Of a stretch of 64,000 nucleotides of DNA, positions 25,983 through 37,110 are shown one piece after another; position 1 is the first letter of the stretch; each line of letters begins with the position of its first letter. The stretch covers positions 11,594,001-11,658,000 of the forward strand of contig NC_073409.1 of NCBI RefSeq assembly GCF_028641065.1, written 5' to 3'. Position numbers and translations under genes: made by a program. The notes beneath the pieces are model-generated. The model was not told the origin of the DNA, did no database searches, and saw nothing but the letters and a program-made list of their open reading frames with translations. The stretch comes from Leucoraja erinacea. Its lineage: Eukaryota.

Positions 25983-28355
25983 GTACAAATTTTAGCACAA
26001 AAGTACTAATTCTTCTCTTACAGATAGTGGTTGAAAAGCAGCTCTAATCGGGGAGTAGTCTGGTCCTGCAGCAGGAGTATCGGGTTCATGGAAGGCACCG
26101 TTATTTCCCACACAACAGAAAAGTTAATTGTGTTTTGTGATAGTAATTAGTGGGTTTATAATGTCCGTGAACACTACCTTCTGAAGGATTCTGACACTGG
26201 GAGGTGTGCTATGTGTCCCTACTGCACTAGCAGAGGGCTTGCAGAAGCATATTTTTATTTCATTTCAGTTTTTCCAACATCTGCAGCTTTATTTCCCCCA
26301 TTTCTCCCCATTATTTTCTTGAATAGTTATCAAATAAGAGAATAAAATATTACATTTCAAAAATGGCATAAAAAGGAACTACAAGATGCTGTCTTGTACC
26401 AAAGAAAGACACAAAATACTGGAGTAATTCAGCGGGTCAAGCAGTATCCCTGGAGAACATGGATAGGCGACATTTCGGGTCGGAACACTTCTTCAATCTG
26501 AAACATCTCTTATCCATATGCTCCTGGGATGCCTCCTGACCCGCTGAGTTACTCCAGCATTTTATATTAGACGTTATATCATAAATGGTTTGTAAACCAT
26601 ATCGGGTATGTGTCAGTTGCTCCTTTGGTTGAATATCAAATCAGGTTGTACTCGCTTGAACTGCAGCCACATCATCAGAGCGCATTATTATGAGTACGTT
26701 TCTTTATCGTGATCAACATTGATGTCGTAAAGTGTGAAATCTCCCATTTAGTTAATTAATCTCTGCACCCTATTGGGCAAAATACCAGTATTCCAAATCT
26801 GAATTCCCATACGTTCTATTGTAACTAATTGAAAAGCAAAAATGCAGGAAATTCTCAGGAGGTCATTCAGCACCTGTGGAGAGAGAATTGGAGTTAAATG
26901 TTGCAAGTCAAATTGGGAGGAGTTAGAAAGGTGACACGTTTTAAGTTGCAAAGAAAATGAGGAAAAGCAGAGGGGGAAGGGGAAATCTGTTACCAGGAGA
27001 GAGTGAAGGACAAGTGCGGGAGGTGGTGCGTGAAGGAATGGTGAATGAGTATCTGGAGGAGTGTTCATGAGATGGAGGGGGAAAAAGAGAGGGGTTGAAT
27101 TCTGGAAATAAAGGATATAAGATAGGAAAGCTGATTCCCAATCATTAAAAAATTACATATAATGACACCAACTTTTCTCTCTTCTGCTTTGCTAATTGAC
27201 CTAAAATGAGAACTATTTTCCTCACAGTTTGACTGACTGACTTGCTGACTATTTCCAATAATCTGTGTTTTCATACTCATCTCCCTCTTCTAAACACCAG
27301 TGGATACAATCCTTGCCTCTCCAAATTTATAACACAAACTCGACTGGTAGGAAAAACAAAGTGCTGGAAATTTTCAGCGTGTCAGGCCACATTTGTGAGA
27401 AGAGAAACAAAGTTCATGTTTCCTTTGTCTAGTAAACCTCTGGACTCCCCCGAGTGCCACCCCTGGTGATCTGATAAGCCTTGTGAGTTGAGCAACGCAT
27501 TTTATAAATGAGCTGATAACTGAGCAGTAATTGTTTTGGTTCTGGATTTTCCTCATCCTGAGAAAGGATTACAAGGCCAAAACACCCCTAGCCCACTGGG
27601 TGTGTTTAGACCACCAGCTGGTGCTGCTTGAGTTCCACTTGTGCCTGTATAGTGATGGATTGAGGCATATTTTGTGTCTTTTCCTCACACTCTGCATTTC
27701 ACAATCACTAAAAAATCACAACTGCAATAATACTTTATTAGCCAATTATGTTTTGCAACATACGAGGAATTTCATTTGCCAAGTCAGTCATTCAAATAAA
27801 AAGCAACGGAACACACAAAACACATTTTAACATAAACATCCGTCACAGTGACCTCTCCACATTCCTCACTGTGATGGAAGGCGAAAAAAAAGTTCAATCT
27901 CTTCCCTTTGCTCACCCGCGGTCGGGGTCCTCAAGCCCTCCGTTGACGGGATGATGTTGCCTCCCGTAGCCGATGGCGGGCCCTTCGTGTCAAGGTGATC
28001 AGCTCCTGCATCGGGGGAGGTCATCACTCTCTGGCAGACCAGTCAGTTCCAAGCAATGTCAGTTGTCGGCAGCGTGACTCCAGGGAAACCCAGCGGTAAA
28101 GGTTCGAAACCTTTATGGATGGTTTACATTGTATATCATGGTATATGGACACATTATCATGGTATATGGACACACTATCATGGTATATGGACACATTTAT
28201 CTGTTTTGTAGTAAATGCCTACTATTTTCTGTGTCCTATACAGGGACACATGACAATAAACTCACTTGAACTTGAACATTGTGTGACCGACTGATCCTCC
28301 TGCCACCCCCCCCCCCCCCCTCACCCCCCATTCATTGGACATTTTGTACCCTCAG

Positions 28356-28490
28356 GCACACCAAGACATCTTGATGTACATCACATGCGGGACTCTCTGC
28401 TGAAGATCGATGATGTGCATTCTGTTCAGGATCTGAATGTATGGTCACTAACAGTGGGGAAAACAGCAGCCATTGTGCATTTAAAGCTGA
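28356..28490 (+). CDS. SLC30A4: ZnT4 coding exon 6
   Basis: ctcag|TPRHLDVHHMRDSLLKIDDVHSVQDLNVWSLTVGKTAAIVHLKL|gtaagt; 135 nt. Confidence 0.95.
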
Positions 28491-29491
28491 GTAAGTGGTT
28501 TACACATCAAATCCACCCCACCCAACTCCCTGGGAATAACCTTGCAGTTTTAGTTAGTGGCAAAACCTTGATCTAATGGCTTCTTTCTGCATCTCTTGTT
28601 GACTGTGGTCAGGAACAGGGGAATGAACTCGGCCAGTGGGGGCTGAAAGGTCTCTTCCACATTGTGTACAGTTGTGGTCACTACACTGCAGCAAGGATGT
28701 GGTTACACATGTGAGAGTGCAGAGGTGGTTCAACAGGATGTTGCCCGGAATGGAGTATTGTAGTTAAATGGCGAGATTGGATAGGCTGAGTTTATTCTCA
28801 CTGGAACCTAGGAGCATGAGGGGTAGCCATAGAGCTTTACAAAATTATGAGGGGCATAAATAAGACAGCTAGTTTTGTTTCCCCTAGCCAGGAGTATCTA
28901 GAACCAGAGGGGGCAAACTTGGGTCAGAGGAGATTTCGGTCATGTCTTGGTTTTCTGGAACATGTTGTGAGAGGAAGTGGGAGAGGCAGGTCCAATTATA
29001 ATGTTTGAAAGGTGTTTGGACATGGATAGGAAAGGAACATATATGGACCAACAGGTAAATGGGATTGGTGTAGATACGCATTGAAGCTGACAAGGGTTCA
29101 TATCAGTGCTGTTTCTATTCTCTGACTGAGGATTGGACTAAAGCTGGCAAAACTGCTTTATGCTGATGATAAAATCTATCACTTTGGCCCAAGGGTGCGA
29201 TTTTAGCATTTCAGTGCACTCGCAGCCTGGTGTAAAGCCTGGCTCTGCTACTGAAGTCTAATTTATGTCGGTAAAGGCCAAAAGTATTCACAATTCCATT
29301 TGTCTTCCTCCTGTGGTGCAGTGACCATTTCAGGTGCTCAGATACTGAATGGGTCGGGTAAAATTGACATTTGTGCTACTTGCTCCGGTTAGAACTACTG
29401 ACCACTCAGGAGCTCCGGCTAGTGTTCACTGATTTCACCAGTCTCAGCATCCTCGTGTTGGCTGCCTGCTTTGATTAATGTCTGTATTCAG

Positions 29492-29646
29492 TTCCAGAGA
29501 GTACCTCCAGATGGGAAGGTGTTCAGGCCAAGGCTCGGCACGTCTTGCTTCATTCCTACGGCATGCACCAGTGCACAGTGCAGCTCCAGGTCTACAAGGA
29601 ATCATCGGGCAGTGCTTGCACCAAGTGTGGGTCCTTGGATGGTTAG
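29492..29646 (+). CDS. SLC30A4: ZnT4 last coding exon
   Basis: ttcag|(I)PESTSRWEGVQAKARHVLLHSYGMHQCTVQLQVYKESSGSACTKCGSLDG*; C-terminal CxxC; candidate AATAAA at 31608-31613. Confidence 0.94.
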
Positions 29647-31939
29647 GGGCCTGATCCTTAAATTTTGTGCCTTTCATTCAGATGAAAAACACTAAAAATC
29701 AGTATTTGAAACTGTCATCACAAACAAATTCTACTTGTGGAACGCCAGCTGTAGAATTGAACCTCTCAACACATCGCCTCGCTCTGTTGCTGCAGAGACC
29801 CTCTGCTCAGCAGCTGACTTGAAGACCCTTTTGCCCTTCGGGCAGCTTCTGATCACGTGTCCCCCTTGATTCCCAGGTACCCAATATGTTTATATACCTT
29901 TTCTTCAGTTCGTATTTACTCCGTCTGGGTGAGAACTCTGGGTGTTCACTAGTGGCCTGGGACTGAGCAGCGCTGTTTATCTAGAGAGCCAAGAGTGATG
30001 CAGGGAGTTGTTGATTAAAGCAGCTGTCGAGGACATTCTGGGCAGAATGGCCTCTGTGCTGGACCAATCTCTCAGTCCACACGGAGCTGCTTGAAGGCAC
30101 TCTTCTAACTTGCTGAGAATTTGATTCACTGAAACAATGTGTTTCAGCTAATAATCATGAATAGTAATTAGTTTTATCCCTCTCCCCATTTCCTTCCTGG
30201 GGAGCAGATAAGGAAAATGAGGCTCCAGCTGCCGGTGGCCATGTTGCAGCCTGGTCTGGGCATTGATTTACTTTGAGACTCTGTTCATTTTACAGCTCCC
30301 CAGTTCCATTCTGTGACCCAGAGCCAGTTTATTGATGGTGCAAGTGTGTGCCATTTGTAATCGCAAGTTGAGCATTAACAATTACTCGACATTATGTGCG
30401 ATAGTGCAGTTTGCTGGGATTTGGATTGGGAAGACGAGTTGTCCCAAGTGCAGTAAACAGTTAAACAGTATTTGCAGATCAACACTTTGAACAAGTCTTT
30501 CTGAAAGAAATTTCCTCCTAACCTTTTGTGAGCTCGGCCTCTCTTAATTGTTACTGGAAAGAATTGTTTAGCCTTCAATCTCCTGGAAGAAATCAGACAA
30601 TTTAAACATGTTTATAATGAGGAATAACTAAGAAACAAGTTAATAATGTGCATAATCTGGTGAGATTTAAAAACAAAAATAGAAGCTATAGTAATTGCAG
30701 GACTTCTGATCGTGTTCATCACAATTCACTCCAGTTTAGTACAGGATATGCTGCTGTCCTGTTGATGGGATATGAACTAATCTATCAAAATAGTTATTTC
30801 TGGTTTGTCTGCAATGTCCTTTTTAAAGTGCCATATACAATTCTACAGGCAAGGGATTCTTGACACTGTTAAGAGTCAGCCTTTGCCAAGTGCCACCAAC
30901 TATAGCAAGCAGCTGATGTCTTTAAGCAGATGTGCTTCTGTGCACTGTGGTGGCACCTTCCTGCTGCTCTGTTACAAGACCTGGAATTAACCTGCAAATG
31001 GTCTTGAATTTTCCCCATCAGCCCTTTGATGTTCGCTTTGTTTAGCAGTGCAGGTAGTCTCTGTGGTAGGGCAGTGCTACCTGATGTTTGTGTTACATGT
31101 GACCCCCAAGGTCATGAGGAAAGAAGGAAGCACCAGCATTGAGTGCCATATTGCGTTGCATGGCTATTGATTTCCCTATTTCATTATTTACAAGTAATAT
31201 GCTGTCTTATTTTTTATTCCTATTTGAATTTGCCTCGCATTTGAATTTTGGTGCCAAATGTTATGCTTATTTTGCTTGAATATTAATGTTGTAACTAACA
31301 TCCACTGCACCGATTTACAGTGGTAAATTATGTTTCACCTCCAATTGTGTATCAACTCCAAATTAAAGAAAACTTGTCCTTTTGTCTCTGTTTTTCCACA
31401 TACCAGTTACCAGTTTTTATTTTGCTCATTATACCCGTTATATTTTCCTTGGGTTTTGAATTCTCTTAAATCTTTTCCATTGCTGTTCAGTTTCATTGTT
31501 TTGCAATATTGTAAATCATTATACTTTGCAAGGTTGAATTCTCAGCCCCTCAAAATGGCATTTTCTTAAGTCTTTTGCCTCGGTATTCATTTTGTGTCCT
31601 TTAAGATAATAAACTGGAGTACAGTCTTTGAGTCGACGCTGTTTATTCTCTGTGTTCTGTTACCTGCTCGGGCGAATCCACAGGTGGCGCATCTTATCAA
31701 CCCTTTTCCCCTGCTGAGTACAAAGGTGTGTATGTACATTGTGGGGATAATAACTACTCACCTTTGCATGCTATTTAATTTTCGAGTTGTGCAAATTCAT
31801 GTGTCTTTGCTCAATTCCCAAATTGGTTTGTAAATCCTCTCTGATTCCACAATTCACGAGTCAGTGAACAAACCCCGAGTCTGTGATTCATCCCTCAATG
31901 TCCGTTTCTCTCGTGAAAATGACTGGAGTGGTGCAGGTG

Positions 31940-32520
31940 AATCATGGCCTCGCCTCTTTGGGTCACTGGATGATGGGAAGGGAAGATGCAGTAGGCGAGG
32001 CGGGAAGGCAACCATCCCTCGCAGATGCTGAACAGTGGAGCAGCAGCCTCCACATAGGATGACTATTCTTCACTATTTCCTCCACATGTGTAGGATACAT
32101 CATCCAATGTGGCTGATGCTGGGGTATGGGTGAGGACCAGGGCATATCTGTTTTGCGGTGTCTAGAAGAAGAGGCGAGAGCAGGATATGGATGAGATGTG
32201 GACAGAGGCTCTGTCCAATACAGTAGAGGGGAAGCAATGGTTCAAGAAGAAAAACATTTCAGGGGCACATCCACATTATTGGAGCACTTGTGGGCAAGAC
32301 AGACGAACTGAGAGAGCGAAATGGAGGCAGGGTGGAGGAGGTCCAACCTAAGGGAGGCTGTGGGCTTGTGGTGGATGCTGGTGTCCAGCCTATCACAGGA
32401 TAGAGGAGAGACCTGGAATGGATGAGGAGATGGGCCGTGTGAAGATGAGAGCGGGGTGGAAACTGACATTAGCGAGTGGAGGAAGTAGCAGTAACGCGAT
32501 CCTGGATGTAACGGGGGAGA
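31940..32520 (-). mobile_element. Degraded Penelope-like element RT fragment
   Basis: DRLDTSIHHKPT...HPAS...LSQF...CSN resembles the PLE RT thumb region; followed by a pLTR-type repeat at ~32575-32690. Confidence 0.55.
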
Positions 32521-32949
32521 ATTGGGGGAATGGCGGAAACAGCGCTGAAACCGTCTCTCACAACAACAACAACGCAAGCGCTGGAGGAACTCAGTGGGTC
32601 GGGCAGCATCTGCAGAAGCAACGCTGCCTGACCCGCTGAGTTACTCAAATACTTTGTGTTTTTTTTAAACCAGCATCTGCAGTTTCTTGCCACAACAAGA
32701 CGGTGGGGGCTGTGGCAAGAAACTACCCAAGGCCGCCCCTCGTGTCGGGGACACGAACCCTCCGTGTGAGGGCTGATGTCGGGTTGGACCAGCCTGCCAG
32801 GTGTTTCCGTCTCTTCATTTTAAATTACCCGAGGAGGAGATCGGTGCGGTGGTAAGCGGGGAGTTGCAGCCTCGCCCAGCGGACAGGAATGAAGTCAGCG
32901 GATGGAGCCGCCCCGAGTCCGGGGGAGCGGAGAATCCTGCGCTTCTTCA

Positions 32950-33030
32950 GCACCGCCCCTCCCACAGCACAGCCCCTCCCACATCACAGCCCCTCCCACA
33001 TCACAGCCCCTCCATCAGCACCGCTCCCTG
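32950..33030 (+). repeat. 17-bp minisatellite (CACAGCCCCTCCCACAT), ~4-5 copies
   Basis: Directly visible tandem copies. Confidence 0.85.
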
Positions 33031-34039
33031 GCATTTCACTGCTTGCAAGGCGTCCTATTCGCTGTGAAAATGTGGGATTCGTGCAAACGTGAGAAAATAA
33101 GACAAACACGATCGAGCCTTGTACATACACACAGGCAGGAGCGGTTGTACATGGGGTATAATATAGGGGACACAATGTATTGATACGCGGCAGGTGTTGA
33201 GATCTTCTGAAGTTGGACCTACTATAGAAATCTAGATGAATGATTGATCTGTGCATCTGTTAGGGGCTGGAATAAGCATAAATACTGACAGAGGGGTGTG
33301 GACAGCACTGGCCTGTCCCACCCTGCAACGTCCCCATAACGCAACACCATGACCCTCCCCCCCCCCCCCCCCCCCACACACACACACGTGTGGCTCCCTC
33401 AACTCTTTAGCAATAACAAAAGTGCCGGAGAAAAAGTGAACGTCGCCTATCCATTCCCTCCACAGATGCTGCCTGACCCGCTGTGTTCCTCCATAACTTT
33501 GTGTTTTGCACAGGATTCCAGCATCTGCAGTTCCTTGTGTCTCCTTCAGATCTTAGTCTGAAACGCATGTCGCCCACGAGGTTCCCTCCAAGCCTCGGGG
33601 AATAAGTGTCGGTAACATTGAGCACCCCCGCCCTCACGTTGTATACTTCCTTACAGTATAGAAGGAGACGAATCGGCCAATTGAGCTTGGGCCAACTCTC
33701 CGATCAATCCCACCCCAACTCCCCAGGACCGGCCTCTCTCACGTCCACAGTGCTGGGGTGAAGACAAGGGAGACAGATAATTCAATAGAATGTTATTCAA
33801 TAGAATAAAAATCTTCGTTTATTTTTTAATTTACACAATTTGTTAAATAGAATGTAATGAGTTAGATATATTTGATGCTTCCACACGATGGCCTGAGGGT
33901 TACAATGAGAGAGAGAAAGTTGTCATTTCCTGATGAATTTTGAAATCTGTAGCGAGAGCAGTTGCAGAGTTCAGGGATGATTGGACAGAATGACTCAGCA
34001 TTTGTCTGCTCACCTACGCGCTCAGGATTCGCACACTCC

Positions 34040-34108
34040 TCACTTGGTGTAACCTTTCACCATCTGCAGTTCATCCACGGGTTTCCATTTCTGACTGACG
34101 GTCATGAA
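34040..34108 (-). CDS. C15orf48: C15orf48/NMES1 (COXFA4L3/MOCCI), last coding exon
   Basis: ctggcag|FMTVSQKWKPVDELQMVKGYTK*; cf. human [22 protein letters not shown]; minus-strand AATAAA at 33818-33823. Confidence 0.9.
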   Translation of the reverse strand, partial: FMTVSQKWKPVDELQMVKGYTK

Positions 34109-35129
34109 CTGCCAGGAGAAAAAACGGCAAGGCTTTAATCGTTCCGCGAAACAGGCGTCGTGGCACAGATGTACATAAACAATTGTACTGTCATCGGCAG
34201 TGAAACTGCACTGATCCAGTGTGAGAGCCAGTGGCCATTGGACCGGTCTCTGGACTGAGATGGAAGTCGGATGTTTGAAGGAGCAGGTGGGGGATTGAGG
34301 TCCCGCCTGTGTGATTCAAGTCTTCTATCACAGGCTCAGATCGTTCTCTGAACACTAGTGGTGGTATATTCGGAACGAACTGCCAGTCCCCCCAACCCCC
34401 CCCCCCCCCCCCCCCCCCCCACACACACACAACAAAACGCTCCCATTGTGTATGTGTCCTTTACCCCAACTTCACCGCCGCCACGTTCCAGGTCATTCTG
34501 GTTAACAAACTGTTCCACAGGCATTAGGCCGGGGGCCGGAGGACACATTTCCGACCAGTTGACTTTATTTCCTGAGACAGTGGAATGAAACAGGCTGGGC
34601 CACCACTGACTTCGAACGCCACATTTGGATCCGTGACCCACATTTGGAGCATTGCCCTATCCTCCTCTGGAACCCGGTGGACACTGTTCTGAGGCAGGAT
34701 CCCAACCCGAAACGCCGACCATGTATCTGTCTCCACAGATGCTGCCCGACCCGCTGAGTATTTCCAGCAGTTTTACTCTGCTCCAGTTTCCAGCATATGT
34801 ATCTCGAGAAATTCCCCCACGTAACTAGCGCGTCCACAGGAGCAACCCAAACCCAACACTAAATGCTGTTGGTGCTGCATTTCCTCGGCGCCTCCCCCCT
34901 CCCACAGTGCGCGGCTCCCTCACACCTGGGTCTGAAGCTCTCATCTCCCGCGAGGTTCCCTCCAAACCCCATCAGGCCTCCGAGAGCATTTGTCCGCCCA
35001 CCCTCCCATATAGTGCTCATTCCACCCTCCCATCAATCCCACCCCCAAGGACTGGTCTCTTGCACAAAACCATCGGAGCCACCAGCTTCTCCCCCTCACC
35101 CACATTTGGGGAATTCACAGCCGATTAAC

Positions 35130-35285
35130 CCACATCGTCGTTGGAGGAAAGCGAGCTCCTGGAGAGGAGGGGGTAACGCGGTGACACGGGAACATGCAAA
35201 CCCCACGCAGACAGCATCGGAGGGCGGGATCGAACCCACGCCACCAGCGCTGGGAAACAGCGGCCCTCCCGCGGCGCCATCACTG
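35130..35285 (-). mobile_element. tRNA-derived V-SINE (HE1-like)
   Basis: Minus strand GGTTCGATCCC (B box) followed by TGCGTGGGGTTTGCATGTTCCC (V-domain-like); a degraded copy lies at ~51925-52060. Confidence 0.7.
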
Positions 35286-35835
35286 ACGCACCGGCACAGC
35301 CCCGCCCCCCTGTTGTCCAGTGAACTCCCTTTTCCCTCGCCAACATCCTTTTCCATCGGCCATCGCCTCTCTTGCCGGTAAAAGCAAACTTCATCACCTC
35401 CTCGAGTCTCGCTCCACCCCCCTCCTCCCGTCCCCGCCACGTCTCCTCCCCTCCCTCTAATCCCCCCTCCCATCCCTCCTCTCGCATCCTCCCATCCTCC
35501 GCCCCCCCTCTAATCCTCGCTCCCCCTCTCCATCCCGTTCCTCCCACCCTCTAAAACCCGCTCCTCCCCTCCATCCCCTTAATCTGCCCATATCCCTCCC
35601 CGCTCCCCCCCACCTCAATACTCCTTCCCCCCTCCCCCCCTTCTCCCCCCATCTCTTCCATCACCCCCCCCCCCCCCCCCCCCCCCTCCCGCTCTCCAGC
35701 CGCGGCCCCACCCGTCTGGTCACCAGGATACTCTTACATCAAGATGTTGCCCAACATCGCGACCAGCCCGCTCCGGGAATCAGTGACTCAGCCGCTTTCC
35801 CATCAAATGTTATAAAGTCAGAGCTATGAGGTTAC

Positions 35836-35896
35836 CTTCTGAGGTTTGTTCGGGTCTATGTTCTCCCATGGGGTAGGATTGTGCGTCTTATCGATT
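35836..35896 (-). CDS. C15orf48: C15orf48 coding exon 3
   Basis: atttag|(I)IDKTHNPTPWENIDPNKPQK|gtaacc; NDUFA4/B12D-family NPxPW motif; 61 nt. Confidence 0.9.
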
Positions 35897-36167
35897 CTAA
35901 ATAGAGAGAAATGAACTTCAGAAATGTTTTATCATCCAAAAAGTATCCGATCGCACGGCTGGTGTACTACATCCAGATCCTGATCCCCCCCCCCCCCCCC
36001 AACACACACGTCTAGACAAACACACCAAGACCGGAAACCACCAAACGCGCACCCCAACATACAGACACATCCTTGAACACATACACAGTGATGCTTGTTG
36101 CACTTCAACATCTGCAACAGGTCCCCGGCCCCTGTCCCCTGTCTCCCGGCCGGGACCGGATACTTAC

Positions 36168-36255
36168 ATGACATCGCTCTTGGTGACGAGGAAGTAATGC
36201 CGGCGCTGGTACAGAACGAGGCGGCGGTGGCCATCAGGCCGATCAGGGGGATGAG
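36168..36255 (-). CDS. C15orf48: C15orf48 coding exon 2 (apparent 1-nt deletion)
   Basis: ccgcag|LIPLIGLMATAASFCTSAG, then frame shift to YFLVTKSDV(I)|gtaagt; 88 nt where 89 is needed. Confidence 0.85.
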
Positions 36256-36802
36256 CTGCGGGACAGACAGCATCGGTCACCATGGGCTCCGAATGCGGCA
36301 TCGGAGCCCGATTGAAAAGCAACGGGTCTAACAGAAGCGGCTACTCGGCTGCTGCAAACACCCGGGGAAAGTCAACAACAGCGGGCCGGGCGAAGCTCAG
36401 CGCGCCGGGCAGCGGGTGAAGAGGGAGGACTGCGGTCAAGAAACGGACTAAACTGTCGGGAAGAAGAGGGGGAGACAGGCCGAGCGGCAACAGTGGTTCG
36501 GGAACAGACCGGGGGGTGATAGAGATGGAGCGGTCGGTGGCATAAGGGAGACGGGCCGATAGGCCATAATGGGGGGGGATGCTGTCGATGGGCCGATCGG
36601 TCCGGTGGCTCACGGAGACGGGCTGGGCGTGATAGAAACATAGAAAACAGGTGCAGGAGTAGGTACCCGTTCCTGCTTTCTCCCCGTAGCCCTTGATTCT
36701 GTTGGTGCCAAGAGCTAAATCTAACTCTTTCTGATGGAGGGGACGGGCCGAGTGGTCAGGGAGGATAGGACGATCGGAAGGGGGTGGGTGGGGTTGGTTC
36801 AC

Positions 36803-36841
36803 CTCCTTCCTCCGGCGGAGCATCGTGAAAAAGTTCGACAT
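36803..36841 (-). CDS. C15orf48: C15orf48 coding exon 1
   Basis: aagATG MSNFFTMLRRRKE|gtgaac; cf. human MSFFQLLMKRKE. Confidence 0.88.
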
Positions 36842-36899
36842 CTTCGCAGCGCTTGTCCCGATGATACCGGAAAATGAGAAACGAGCGTCGTAGCCTAGT

Positions 36900-37110
36900 T
36901 TTGAAACACCGGTCACAAACGGCCCCGCCCACCCGCCACATGCCCCGCCCACCCCTGCTAGCCCCGCCCCCTCCTCTGCTCGCCCCGCCCACTCCCATGA
37001 TAGCCCCGCCCACTCCACCTGAGTTCAGCAGCGACGAGACTCCGGTCACGTCCACAGCAGAGACAGAGGGTGGAACGACTGGGGCGGGGCAAGGCCGCGA
37101 GCGCTAAGGT
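36900..37110 (-). promoter_or_regulatory. GC-box (Sp/KLF) cluster, C15orf48 promoter
   Basis: Five CCCCGCCC motifs at 36923-37011 plus GGGGCGGGG at 37081, immediately upstream of exon 1. Confidence 0.7.

Noticed and set aside
28135-28197. Three ~21-bp direct repeats (ATCATGGTATATGGACACA..) considered as a CRISPR-like array
   Set aside because: No unique spacers, eukaryotic intron, lies in a retroposon tail; simple tandem repeat.
34524-34736. Minus-strand ORF containing MWVTDPNV as a possible alternative C15orf48 exon 3
   Set aside because: The true exon 3 at 35836-35896 matches much better and has proper splice sites; this segment overlaps a repeat.
35130-35285. Possible tRNA gene (GGTTCGATCCC)
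   Set aside because: No cloverleaf; the B box is followed by a V-SINE-like core, so it is a SINE head.
36341-37018. 225-aa minus-strand ORF
   Set aside because: Only 13 codons (MSNFFTMLRRRKE) are exonic; the rest is promoter, intron and a CR1 3'-end fragment (IKGYGEKAGTG).
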